Notes: a model not told the origin generated them from the letters alone. DNA of 32,000 bases from an uncultured Williamsia sp. (GCF_947494875.1 NZ_CANLWM010000007.1:273405-305404), one strand, 5' to 3'; positions 16,877 to 25,244 are shown, counted from the stretch's first letter. Program-made: numbers and translations.

Positions 16877-17782
16877 CTTCACCGCGATCACGCCGACGAG
16901 GATCAGCGCGCCCCCGCCGAACTGGACGGGCCGGGGAAGCTCGGCGAGCAGGACCCAACTCCACACGACGCCGGCCACCACCTCGCTGAGACCGACGAAC
17001 GACGCCACGCGCGGTCCGAGTCGTCGTGCGGCGAGGACGCCGGTGACGTACGCGGTGGCCGCGGTGACGACGCCGAGCACCGGCACGGCGACCCATGGGG
17101 ACATCTCGACGCCCGCATAGGCGACGTCCGCGGTCCCGACCGTCATCGGCATCGCGCCGACCGCGCCCAGCAGGGCGAGGACGACGGTGCCGACCACCAG
17201 CCCCGCGGCGGCGAGTGCCAGTGGCGGCAGTCCGGACCGGTCGTCGGCGCTGATCAGGAAGTAGGCGGCCGCGCCGACCATCGCGCCGAACGCCCATGCG
17301 ACCCCCGTCCCGGTCACCGCTGTCGACGCGGACATCAGGTCGAGGACGAGCACCAGACCGAGCGCGCAGACGCCGACGCCGGCACCCGTGACGGCCGAGG
17401 GCCGCTGCCCACGCCGCACCCAGAGCCAGAGCACGACGGCTGCGGGTGCCGTGTACTCGATCAGGAGGGCCGGGCCCACCTGCATCGACCGGACCGCGGA
17501 GAAGTAGCAGAACTGTGCACCGGCCACCGCGAGCAGGCCGTACGCGATCACCGTCGCGGCGTTGCGCCGCAGGAGCGACCACCGACCGCGCAACGACGCG
17601 ACACCCACCGGGAGGACGACGAGCGCGCCCACCGCGATGCGCAGGGTGACGACGGCGCCCGGCGACCACCCGCTCTCGAGCATCGGGCGGGCGATCGCGC
17701 CCGACAGGCCGAACGAGAAGGCGGAGACGAGCGCGATCACCAGTCCCACCCCGAAACGACTGTCATGACCCATCGATCGCAT
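16742..17782 (-). CDS. EamA/DMT-family transporter
   Basis: About 10 hydrophobic helices (two EamA halves) with an acidic, Gly/Asp-rich C-terminal tail. The start is ATG 17782 or 17773. The last 135 nt overlap the 3' end of the convergent AEC gene. The ORF-track extension to 18463 is rejected. Confidence 0.8.
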   Translation of the reverse strand: MRSMGHDSRFGVGLVIALVSAFSFGLSGAIARPMLESGWSPGAVVTLRIAVGALVVLPVGVASLRGRWSLLRRNAATVIAYGLLAVAGAQFCYFSAVRSMQVGPALLIEYTAPAAVVLWLWVRRGQRPSAVTGAGVGVCALGLVLVLDLMSASTAVTGTGVAWAFGAMVGAAAYFLISADDRSGLPPLALAAAGLVVGTVVLALLGAVGAMPMTVGTADVAYAGVEMSPWVAVPVLGVVTAATAYVTGVLAARRLGPRVASFVGLSEVVAGVVWSWVLLAELPRPVQFGGGALILVGVIAVKSGEKRGDDGDDGDGHDGGDQGAVASEHHPALVPGGVDEDVLRGR

Positions 17783-17790
17783 GGGTGATG

Positions 17791-17820
17791 ACGCTAGGCG
17801 CCATCGCGGTAATGTGTCAA
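17791..17820. promoter_or_regulatory. overlapping divergent promoters (EamA and CGNR genes)
   Basis: On the minus strand: TTGACA (17820-17815), an 18-nt spacer, then TAGCGT (17796-17791). On the plus strand: TAATGT (17810-17815), ending 6 nt before the CGNR GTG at 17822, which is leaderless geometry. Confidence 0.4.
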
Positions 17821-17821
17821 C

Positions 17822-18376
17822 GTGGTTTTCACCGATGACACTGAGCTGTCGCTGCAGGCCGCGGTGGCACTGGCCAACACCGCGGAAGACCCCGACACCC
17901 TGACCACCGTGGACGACCTCGGCGGGTTCGTGCGTGACCAGGGATTCACCGGACGCATCGACGGCGACGTCGCGGAGCTCGACGCGGTCCGCGCGGCTCG
18001 GCCGCGGCTGAGGGAGCTGTTCACGGCCACGACCGGCGACGCGGTCGGCCTCGTCAACGACATCCTCGCCGAGTACCGGGCCACGCCGCGGCTGGTCCGC
18101 CACGACCGGCAGGACTGGCACATCCACGCCGTCGACGACGAGGCGCCTCTCGCCGCGCGGATGCTCGTCGAGGCCGCGATGGCGATGATCGACGTGATCC
18201 GCGCCGACGAGATGTCGCGGTTCTCGATCTGCGCGGACGACACCTGCCAGGCGTTGGTGATCGACCTGTCCCGCAACCGATCCCGTCGCTACTGCTCGAC
18301 GACGTGCGGCAACCGGAACGCCGTGGCGGCCTACCGGTCCCGGCAGCGCGGCGACGGGAACGGCTCCGGTCGATAG
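17822..18376 (+). CDS. CGNR zinc-finger domain protein (ABATE + zf-CGNR, putative nucleic-acid binding)
   Basis: 184 aa. The C-terminus is CADDTCQALVIDLSRNRSRRYCSTTCGNRNAVAAYRSRQR, the CGNR signature. Confidence 0.85.
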   Translation: MVFTDDTELSLQAAVALANTAEDPDTLTTVDDLGGFVRDQGFTGRIDGDVAELDAVRAARPRLRELFTATTGDAVGLVNDILAEYRATPRLVRHDRQDWHIHAVDDEAPLAARMLVEAAMAMIDVIRADEMSRFSICADDTCQALVIDLSRNRSRRYCSTTCGNRNAVAAYRSRQRGDGNGSGR

Positions 18377-18385
18377 GGTCGGCGT

Positions 18386-19006
18386 ATGAGCGATCTGCCC
18401 GCCGACCGGCCCGGGGACCGGCCCGCGATCCGTGTCTCCGACGCCGACCGTGGTCGCGTCCACGACATCCTCGCTGCGGCGATGGCCCAGGGGTATCTCA
18501 GCCCCGGCGAGTACGAGACGCGGGCGGGCGCGGCCGTCGCGGCACGTACCACCGAGGATCTCGCGCCCCTCACCGCCGACCTGCGCGTCGACGCGATCGC
18601 GGGATCGGTGCCGTCGTCCGCACCGTCCGGCCGGGCCCCGGTCCAGCGACTGATCGCGGTGATGAGCGGATCGGAACTGGCCGGTGACGTCGCGGTTGCC
18701 GGGACGCTGACGGCGGTCGCGTTCTGGGGCGGGGTCAGCATCGACCTGCGTCAGGCGCGATTCACCACCGGCACGCTCGACATCCAGGCGACGGCGGTGA
18801 TGGGCGGCATCGAGATCGTGGTCCCGCCCGACGTCGAGGTCGACGTCCGAGGGGTCGGCATCATGGGCGGGTTCGATCGTCGCGCGTCGGGACCGGGCAG
18901 CCGTCCCGGCGGCCCGCGGGTCACCATCACAGGTCTGGCGTTCTGGGGCGGGGTGTCGGTGGAGCGCAAGGGTCCGCCGCGCGAGAAGCGCAAGCGGCTC
19001 AGCTGA
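18386..19006 (+). CDS. DUF1707 domain protein with a LiaF-like C-terminal domain
   Basis: The N-terminus is IRVSDADRGRVHDILAAAMAQGYLSPGEYETR (DUF1707). The C-terminus has repeated GGIEIVVP / FWGGVSV elements of the LiaF/DUF2154 type. It starts 9 nt after the CGNR stop. Confidence 0.75.
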   Translation: MSDLPADRPGDRPAIRVSDADRGRVHDILAAAMAQGYLSPGEYETRAGAAVAARTTEDLAPLTADLRVDAIAGSVPSSAPSGRAPVQRLIAVMSGSELAGDVAVAGTLTAVAFWGGVSIDLRQARFTTGTLDIQATAVMGGIEIVVPPDVEVDVRGVGIMGGFDRRASGPGSRPGGPRVTITGLAFWGGVSVERKGPPREKRKRLS

Positions 19007-19805
19007 GCCGGTCGAGGAGTCCGCGAGCGTCGAACGGCGCGTGCACCTTCACGTCGTTGTCGAAGTAGGCGTGGATGTCGCCGCGGCGACGTCGTAACCG
19101 CTGCGCCCACGCGTCGAGCGAGTCGCCGGAATAGCCGCTCTCGTAGAGCTTCTCGTCACCGTGCAGGCGAGAGTAGGAGAAGTCCGCGGTCTTCTCGTCG
19201 ATCACCGGGTACCGGCCGGCCGCATCGGCGAGGACGATGGCGACCCCGGCGTCCCGCATCACCCGCACAGCCCTGCTCGACTCGAAACTGGGGTGTCGGA
19301 CTTCCACCGCGTGCCGCACCGGGCGGTCGGCGTCGGTCTCGGTCCAGTCCCGCCCGTCGAGTCGTTCGTCGTGATGTCTCGCGAGGTCGGCTGCGGCGCT
19401 GGTGGTCCGGGGCAGTCGGTCCAGGAACGAGGCGAGGACCTCGGCGTCGAACTGCAGGGTCGGCGGCAGCTGCCAGAGGACCGGCCCCAGCTTGGCGCCG
19501 AGCGCGAGCACACCCGAGGCGAAGAAGTTCGCCAGCGGGGTGTCGACATCCTGCAGCTTCTTCATGTGGGTGATGAACCGCGGGCCCTTCACCGCGAACA
19601 CGAAGTCGTCGGGCGTCTGATCGGTCCAGCGGCGAAAGCTGTCCGGCTTCTGCAGCGAGTAGAAGGTGCCGTTGATCTCGACCGAGTTCAGCGTCGACGA
19701 CAGGTATTCGAGTTCCCGTCGCTGGACGAGGCCCTTCGGGTAGAAGGTGCCCCGCCAGGGCGGGTACACCCATCCCGAGGTGCCGACGCGGACAGTTCGT
19801 GTCAC
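18999..19805 (-). CDS. DUF72 family protein
   Basis: About 268 aa from GTG 19805. It carries VRVGTSGWVYPPWRGTFYP…LNSVEINGTFY…FVFAVKGPRFITH…WQLPP…YFDND motifs. It starts 10 nt after the VWA gene stop. Confidence 0.8.
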   Translation of the reverse strand: MTRTVRVGTSGWVYPPWRGTFYPKGLVQRRELEYLSSTLNSVEINGTFYSLQKPDSFRRWTDQTPDDFVFAVKGPRFITHMKKLQDVDTPLANFFASGVLALGAKLGPVLWQLPPTLQFDAEVLASFLDRLPRTTSAAADLARHHDERLDGRDWTETDADRPVRHAVEVRHPSFESSRAVRVMRDAGVAIVLADAAGRYPVIDEKTADFSYSRLHGDEKLYESGYSGDSLDAWAQRLRRRRGDIHAYFDNDVKVHAPFDARGLLDRLS

Positions 19806-19815
19806 CTTTCCCCGA

Positions 19816-21810
19816 CTACCCGCGACGGCCCCGTCGTGACCCCAGGTAGTCACCGACGACCGCGGCACCGAGGCCGTCGATGTCCGGGGCGACGACGCGT
19901 CCGCCGATCCGTCGGGCGATCTGGTCGATGAAGCGTTCCAGGCTCGGGTCGTCCCCGAGACGGAAGATGGTGACCTGTGCACCCAGACGCGAGATCGCGT
20001 CGAGTTCTCGGACCGTCATGGCCAGGGTCGCCGGGTGCGGCGGGTAGTAGAAGAACGGCTCGCCGTCGGGTTCGAGGTGGGCTGTCGGCTCACCGTCGGT
20101 GACGATGAGCACCACCGGTTGCGCATTCGGGTGCTTGCGCAGGTGCCGCCCGGCCAGCATCAACGCATGGTGCAGGTTGGTGCCCTGCTCCATCCGCGGC
20201 TGCAGCCCGGTCAGTTCGGCGATGTCGATGGTGCGGGCGTGCCGACCGAACGCGATCAGCGACAGTTCGTCGTTGCGGAACCGGGTGCTGATCAGGTGGT
20301 TCAACGCCACTGCCGTCCGCTTCATCGGCAGCCAGCGCCCCTCCATCTCCATGGAGAACGAGGTGTCGACGAGAAGGACGACGGCCGCCTTCGACCGGGC
20401 CTCGGTCTCGGCGACCTCCACGTCGCGGACGTCGATGCGCACGCCCTCGCGGGCCAGATCGACGCCGGCACCGCCGGGTTGCTCGGTGATGGTGCGCCGC
20501 ACGGCATTGCCGACGGTCGCGGTGACGTCCCACGGCTCGGTGTCGCCGAACTCCCATTCGCGGGTCGCCCCCGTCGGTTCGCCCGAAGCGCCGGTGCGAC
20601 GTGTCGCGCGGTCGCCCTTGCGGCCGGAGAGCTGCTCGGCGACGTCACGGAAGATCGACTGCCCCAGCTGCCGCATCGCCTTCGGAGACAACTGCAGGTT
20701 GCCGTCGGCGTCGCGGTGGAAGATGTTCTGTTCCTTGAGGGCCTTCTCCAACTCGGCGAGGGTGCGCGCATCCGCCGACGCCTCGGGGCCGAGCTGACGT
20801 GCCAGCGCGTCGAGGTCGATGTCGTCCATCTGCGCACCGGCGTACTGCTGCGAAAGCTGCTCCGAGAGCGCCTCGAGCTCGGCGAGGTCGGACAGGGCAC
20901 CGGCGCCCTGACCCATGCCCATCCCCTGCTCACCGGTGAAGTCCGCCGAGTCACCCCACCCCATGTCGGGACGGGCCTGGCGCAGTTGAGAATCCATCTG
21001 CGCCAGCTGGTTCATCAGTTCCGGCGACCCGAACGCCTGCTGGGCGAGCTGGTCGAGCTCGGCACGTTGCTCGGGTGACAGCGAGTTGTAGAACGCCTGA
21101 GCCGCGGCAGCCCGCTTGGCGAGCGCCTCGACGAGTTCCTCCGTCGACTGGGGGTTGTCGGGGAAGTACTGACCGTGCTTCTCCATGAACTCGTCGAACT
21201 GCTCGGTGGTGTCCTCACCGCGGTTGTGCGCTGCGAGAAGCTCGTTGAGGTCCGAGAGCATCTCCGAGATGGCCTGGCGATCGGCGTCGGTCGCGTTCTC
21301 CAGCGCGTCCTTCATGCCCTGGAACCGCTGGTCGAGCATCTCGCGACCGAGCAGGTCGGAGATCTTGTCGTAGTCGGCTTTCGCCTCCGGCGAGCGCCAC
21401 TGGTAGTCGGAGAGCTCCTGCACCGCCTGAGCCGTCGACGGGGGCAGGTTCCCGATCTGCATCTCGGCGAACCGCGCCTCGTCGTCGAGGTCGCGCGCGA
21501 GTTGCTTGCGCTCGTTCAGCACGGCCGAGTCGAGGAGTTCGCGGATCTCGTCGAAGGTGCCGTCGAGGTTGTTCTTCTCGAGCAACTCCTTGCGACGCTT
21601 GTTGATCTGCTCGCGCAGCTTGTCCAGCCCGCGCATGTCCTGCGTACCGCGACGCAGGTACTCACGCATCGCGCGCTGCGGCGACGCCCCGGCCATGATG
21701 TCCTCGCCGATCTCGTCGAGGGCGGACCGCAGGTCGACAGGTGGGGCGAGCGGATCGGGGCCGCCACGGTAGCGCTGGTAGGAGGAGCGGTGGAATCTGT
21801 TGCGTGCCAT
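19816..21810 (-). CDS. VWA-domain protein with a long acidic helical N-terminal region (Rv0959-like, ChlD-like)
   Basis: 664 aa. About 470 aa of Glu/Asp/Gln-rich helical sequence is followed by a C-terminal VWA domain. The VWA has the MIDAS motif DTSFS (aa 482-486, nt 20353-20367) and VVLIVTDGEPT. Confidence 0.8.
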   Translation of the reverse strand: MARNRFHRSSYQRYRGGPDPLAPPVDLRSALDEIGEDIMAGASPQRAMREYLRRGTQDMRGLDKLREQINKRRKELLEKNNLDGTFDEIRELLDSAVLNERKQLARDLDDEARFAEMQIGNLPPSTAQAVQELSDYQWRSPEAKADYDKISDLLGREMLDQRFQGMKDALENATDADRQAISEMLSDLNELLAAHNRGEDTTEQFDEFMEKHGQYFPDNPQSTEELVEALAKRAAAAQAFYNSLSPEQRAELDQLAQQAFGSPELMNQLAQMDSQLRQARPDMGWGDSADFTGEQGMGMGQGAGALSDLAELEALSEQLSQQYAGAQMDDIDLDALARQLGPEASADARTLAELEKALKEQNIFHRDADGNLQLSPKAMRQLGQSIFRDVAEQLSGRKGDRATRRTGASGEPTGATREWEFGDTEPWDVTATVGNAVRRTITEQPGGAGVDLAREGVRIDVRDVEVAETEARSKAAVVLLVDTSFSMEMEGRWLPMKRTAVALNHLISTRFRNDELSLIAFGRHARTIDIAELTGLQPRMEQGTNLHHALMLAGRHLRKHPNAQPVVLIVTDGEPTAHLEPDGEPFFYYPPHPATLAMTVRELDAISRLGAQVTIFRLGDDPSLERFIDQIARRIGGRVVAPDIDGLGAAVVGDYLGSRRGRRG

Positions 21811-21855
21811 CAGGTGATGCTCTCCGTGATGCTGTGGCGGCCGGGACGCCGCGGG

Positions 21856-23262
21856 TCAGCCGTACATGGTGACGCCGTGGTCGTCCGCCTCCTTGCTGAT
21901 GCGCCGGGCGAGGAACAACCCCTCCAGCGCGAGTTCCAGTGCGCTCGCGCGCTCGCCACCGTCGGCGGCGTCGAGGCGTTCGGCCACGGCGTCGACGACC
22001 GGGGTCGTCGTGTCCGGCGACGGGATGCTCTTCAGCAGCTCCGACGCGGTCACGCGGTCGCCGGTGACGACCGGTTCGCCGGATTCCAGCGCGGTGACCA
22101 GCGGGGCCATGTCGATGCCACCCAGGTGGGCCCGCACGGTGTCGGCGGTGGCCTTGCGGAGCAGGTGCTCGAGGATCTCGGTCTCGCGCCCCTCCTCGCC
22201 GGACTCGAACTCGACCTTGCCGCGCAGCACCTCGATGATCGACGTCAGGTCGACGACGCGCGCGACGGCCGACTCCTCGCCGGTGATCGTCGCGCGGTGC
22301 AACGCCGCCGCGCCGACGGTCTCGGCGCCGGCGATGGCGAAGCGCGCCGAGACGCCCGAGCGCTGGTCGATCGACGGGTGGTCGCGGACGTAGCGGGTGA
22401 ACCGCGCGAGGATCTCGACGATGAACGTCGGGACGGTCGCGACGAGGTCCGCCTCCTGCTCGATGACGGCGATCTCGTCGTCGAGTTCGAGCGGGTAGTG
22501 GGTGCGGATCTCGGCGCCGAAGCGGTCCTTCAGCGGGGTGATGATGCGCCCGCGGTTGGTGTAGTCCTCCGGGTTCGCGCTGGCGACGAGGAGCACGTCG
22601 AGCGGGAGCCGCAGCGAGTAGCCGCGGATCTGGATGTCGCGCTCCTCCATCACGTTGAGCATCGACACCTGGATGCGCTCGGCGAGGTCGGGGAGCTCGT
22701 TGATCGCGACGATGCCGCGGTGGGCGCGCGGGATGAGCCCGAAGTGGATGGTCTCCGGGTCACCCAGGTTGCGACCGGCCGCGACCTTCATCGGGTCGAC
22801 GTCACCGACGAGGTCGCCGACGGAGGTGTCCGGCGTCGCCAACTTCTCCGAGTAGCGCTCGGAGCGGTGGCGCCACTCGATCGGCAGGTCGTCGCCGAGA
22901 TTCGCGGCCTTGCGGATCGCGGCCGGGGTGATCGGCTCGTAGGGGTGCTCGTCGAGTTCGGAGCCCTCGATGACGGGCGTCCATTCGTCCATCAGTCCGG
23001 CCAGGGTGCGGAGCAGGCGGGTCTTGCCCTGGCCGCGTTCGCCGAGCATGACCACGTCGTGGCCGGCGAGGAGCGCGCGCTCGAGCTGCGGGACGACGGT
23101 CGACTCGAAGCCGACGATGCCGGGCCACGGGTCGTCACCGGCCCGGAGCTTGGTGAGGAGGTTGTTGCGGATCTCGTCCTTGACCGACCGCTGTACATGG
23201 CCGGAGGCGCGGAGTTCGCCGAGAGTGCGAGCAGAGGGATGTCCGGTTGAGGCTGACGTCAC
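21856..23262 (-). CDS. ChlI/MoxR-like AAA+ ATPase (Rv0958-like, annotated Mg-chelatase-like)
   Basis: 468 aa. Walker A is GERGQGKT (nt 23020-23043). The Walker B region reads GIVAINELPDL. It also has …LLVASANPEDYTNRGRIITPLKDRF, an arginine-finger-type region. Confidence 0.82.
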   Translation of the reverse strand: MTSASTGHPSARTLGELRASGHVQRSVKDEIRNNLLTKLRAGDDPWPGIVGFESTVVPQLERALLAGHDVVMLGERGQGKTRLLRTLAGLMDEWTPVIEGSELDEHPYEPITPAAIRKAANLGDDLPIEWRHRSERYSEKLATPDTSVGDLVGDVDPMKVAAGRNLGDPETIHFGLIPRAHRGIVAINELPDLAERIQVSMLNVMEERDIQIRGYSLRLPLDVLLVASANPEDYTNRGRIITPLKDRFGAEIRTHYPLELDDEIAVIEQEADLVATVPTFIVEILARFTRYVRDHPSIDQRSGVSARFAIAGAETVGAAALHRATITGEESAVARVVDLTSIIEVLRGKVEFESGEEGRETEILEHLLRKATADTVRAHLGGIDMAPLVTALESGEPVVTGDRVTASELLKSIPSPDTTTPVVDAVAERLDAADGGERASALELALEGLFLARRISKEADDHGVTMYG

Positions 23263-23366
23263 CTCTCCACGCTACGAGTGTTTCGCCTGTCACGCACTGA
23301 GCCGACCCGTCCCGACCCGCGTTCTCGCTGTCAGCGAACGGCACGCCGAACCCTGCCGCACCCGGC

Positions 23367-23460
23367 TTCCCGCGACACCTCCTCGCATCCGCGACACCGT
23401 TCCGCTGCCGCGACTGCGATGGCAGTCGCGGCAGTCGAGGACTGTCGCGGGAGTCGACGG
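23367..23460. repeat. compound hairpin repeat R1 built from CCGCGAC/GTCGCGG 7-mers
   Basis: CCGCGAC occurs at 23370, 23389 and 23408 (19-nt spacing). GTCGCGG occurs at 23425 and 23444 (19-nt spacing). A central perfect 10-bp hairpin is gccgcgactg (23407-16) / cagtcgcggc (23423-32). The repeat ends 26 nt before the AbiEi-like ATG. Confidence 0.85.
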
Positions 23461-23486
23461 ATCCGGACGGAGTCCCGCTGCGTCCA

Positions 23487-24392
23487 ATGGTCATGGGTAC
23501 GAACGACGACGCTGATGCTGTGCTCCGACGCCCGGCCGCGCTCGCATCCGGTCTCACCGACCGCCTTCTCGAGGCCCGGGTGCGTGCCGGCGAGCTCGAA
23601 CGGCTGCGGCCGGGAGTGTGGGTGCCGACCGCGGACCGGCTCCCCGAGGCCTCGCACCGACTGCGTGTCCTCGCATGCCCGTCGCACACCCTGCCGGTGA
23701 GTCACCAGTCGGCGGCCGTCATGCACGGCCTCGGTCTCCTCCACCCCGATTTCTCGCGTGTTCACGTCACCACCGGAACGGCGTCCGGTGGGCGCGTCCA
23801 TCCGACGCGGCACATCCACAGTGGGCTCCTCGGCCCCGAGGAGACCGTCGTCGTCGATGGTGTCCCGACCACCAGCATCGAACGGACAGCAGTCGACGTC
23901 GCGTGCGGGTACGACTTCGACGCCGCGCTCGTCGTCTTCGACTCTGCACTGCGAGCCGGCGCCGACAGGGAGGTGATGGCGGAGACCATCGCTCGGGGTC
24001 GTCGACGGGGAAACGCGGCCGCGCGTATCGCCCTGCCCCTCGCGGATGGGGCAGCGGAGAGCGTCGGCGAGTCGTGGAGCAGAGCTCAGATGATCACGGC
24101 GCGGCTACCCACCGCCCGACTACAGCATGAGCGTCGGGTCCGCGGACGCAGGATCGTCACGGACTTCGACTGGGACCGTCAGCTCGTCGGCGAGTTCGAC
24201 GGCCACGTCAAGTACGGCCGGCTGCTCAAGCCCGGTCAGACGGTCGCAGACGTCGTCGAAGACGAGAAAGCTCGCGAAGACCTGTTGCGCTGGGACGGGT
24301 CGATGGTGGTGCGGTGGATCTGGGCCGACCTCGAGCGCCGCCGGGTCGCGTCGATCGTGCAGCCGTGGCTGGGGCGGCTGGGTCTGATCTGA
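23487..24392 (+). CDS. AbiEi_4-like wHTH N-terminal domain fused to a DUF559/Vsr-like endonuclease-fold C-terminal domain
   Basis: 301 aa. The N-terminus is …LASGLTDRLLEARVRAGELERLRPGVWV. The C-terminus is …IVTDFDWDRQLVGEFDGHVKY…EDEKAREDLLRWDGSMVVRW, a D…E-x-D-G…K pattern. There is no adjacent AbiEii-type toxin. Confidence 0.7.
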   Translation: MVMGTNDDADAVLRRPAALASGLTDRLLEARVRAGELERLRPGVWVPTADRLPEASHRLRVLACPSHTLPVSHQSAAVMHGLGLLHPDFSRVHVTTGTASGGRVHPTRHIHSGLLGPEETVVVDGVPTTSIERTAVDVACGYDFDAALVVFDSALRAGADREVMAETIARGRRRGNAAARIALPLADGAAESVGESWSRAQMITARLPTARLQHERRVRGRRIVTDFDWDRQLVGEFDGHVKYGRLLKPGQTVADVVEDEKAREDLLRWDGSMVVRWIWADLERRRVASIVQPWLGRLGLI

Positions 24393-24394
24393 CC

Positions 24395-24464
24395 CTGTCG
24401 CGCGACAGAGATCGACTCCCGCGACTGCGATCACAGTCGCGGGAGTCGACGGGTGTCGCGGGAA
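24395..24464. repeat. compound hairpin repeat R2 (same family as R1); probable bidirectional terminator
   Basis: It begins with the 14-nt palindrome ctgtcgcgcgacag (24395-24408). A perfect 16-bp hairpin follows: tcgactcccgcgactg (24412-27), loop cgatca, cagtcgcgggagtcga (24434-49). GTCGCGG occurs at 24436 and 24455 (19-nt spacing). The end GGTGTCGCGGGAA (24452-64) is the exact reverse complement of 23367-79. Confidence 0.85.
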
Positions 24465-24473
24465 CGGGCATCG

Positions 24474-25220
24474 TCAACGAACAGCGAGCCAGACGGCGAG
24501 ACCGAGGCCGGCGATGCCGATCGCGATGCGCAGGGGGCCGGCGGGCAGTCGCGCGACGATCGGGGGTCCGGCCCACCCGCCGGCCAGGCAGCCGATGCCC
24601 ATGGCGAGGGCGGCGACCCAATGCACGGGGCCGGTGATCGCGAAGACGACCGCTGCAGACAGGTTCGACAGGCCCAGGAGCGCCGACTTCAGTAACGTCG
24701 CCCGCCACAGCGGTTGCGCCGACGTGACGAGCGCAAGGGCCAGGAAGATGACGCCCGCGCCGGCACCGAAGTAGCCGCCGTAGACCGCCACCGCCATCGA
24801 GGCGACGGCGAAAACCGTCGGCATCTCCCGGTGACCTGCCGCCCGCCGCAGGACGGGCTGCGCCAACACGGCGACCGCGGCGAGCGCGACGAGGACGGGA
24901 ACGATCGCCTCGAACGATCCGGACGGGGACAGCAGAAGGATGCCCGCGCCGATCAGACCACCGACGACGGCGATCGCACCGAGCATCGAGAGTCGCCGAC
25001 GGTCGTCGAGCAGCGACGACCCCGCCTTCGCGGTGCTCCCCACACCCACCGAGACGAGCGCGACGGTGTTCGTGACGTTGGCAGCCAGCGGCGACAGCCC
25101 GGCGAGGAGCAACGCCGGATAGCTGACGAGCGACGCCAGCCCGGTGATGTAGCCGACCAGCCCGGCACCGAATCCGGCCACGGCCAACAGCGCCAGGGTG
25201 GTGAGAGTCATCGCCACCAT
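24474..25220 (-). CDS. TauE/SafE (TSUP, DUF81) family anion exporter/permease
   Basis: 248 aa with about 8 hydrophobic helices. Family-typical segments include GFGAGLVGYITGLASLVSYPALL and VYGGYFGAGAGVIFLA. Confidence 0.82.
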   Translation of the reverse strand: MVAMTLTTLALLAVAGFGAGLVGYITGLASLVSYPALLLAGLSPLAANVTNTVALVSVGVGSTAKAGSSLLDDRRRLSMLGAIAVVGGLIGAGILLLSPSGSFEAIVPVLVALAAVAVLAQPVLRRAAGHREMPTVFAVASMAVAVYGGYFGAGAGVIFLALALVTSAQPLWRATLLKSALLGLSNLSAAVVFAITGPVHWVAALAMGIGCLAGGWAGPPIVARLPAGPLRIAIGIAGLGLAVWLAVR

Positions 25221-25244
25221 CTTCGCCTGCGGCGGAGTGCGCGG

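Noticed and set aside
17783-18463. An upstream extension of the EamA ORF to a 573-aa protein.
   Set aside because: The extension runs antisense through the well-supported CGNR zinc-finger gene and has no membrane or domain character. The internal ATGs at 17782 and 17773 give a normal EamA N-terminus.
21175-23250. A 691-aa plus-strand ORF covering the AAA+ gene and part of the VWA gene.
   Set aside because: It is an antisense shadow ORF with a low-complexity Arg/Val/Gly/Asp composition. The minus-strand products have clear Walker A and MIDAS motifs.
23367-24464. Calling the inverted-repeat-bounded segment an insertion sequence.
   Set aside because: It has no DDE, serine or tyrosine recombinase gene, and I see no clear target-site duplication. 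The inverted-repeat motif is itself repeated locally, which raises the chance of fortuitous terminal matches. I report it as a finding, not as a mobile_element feature.
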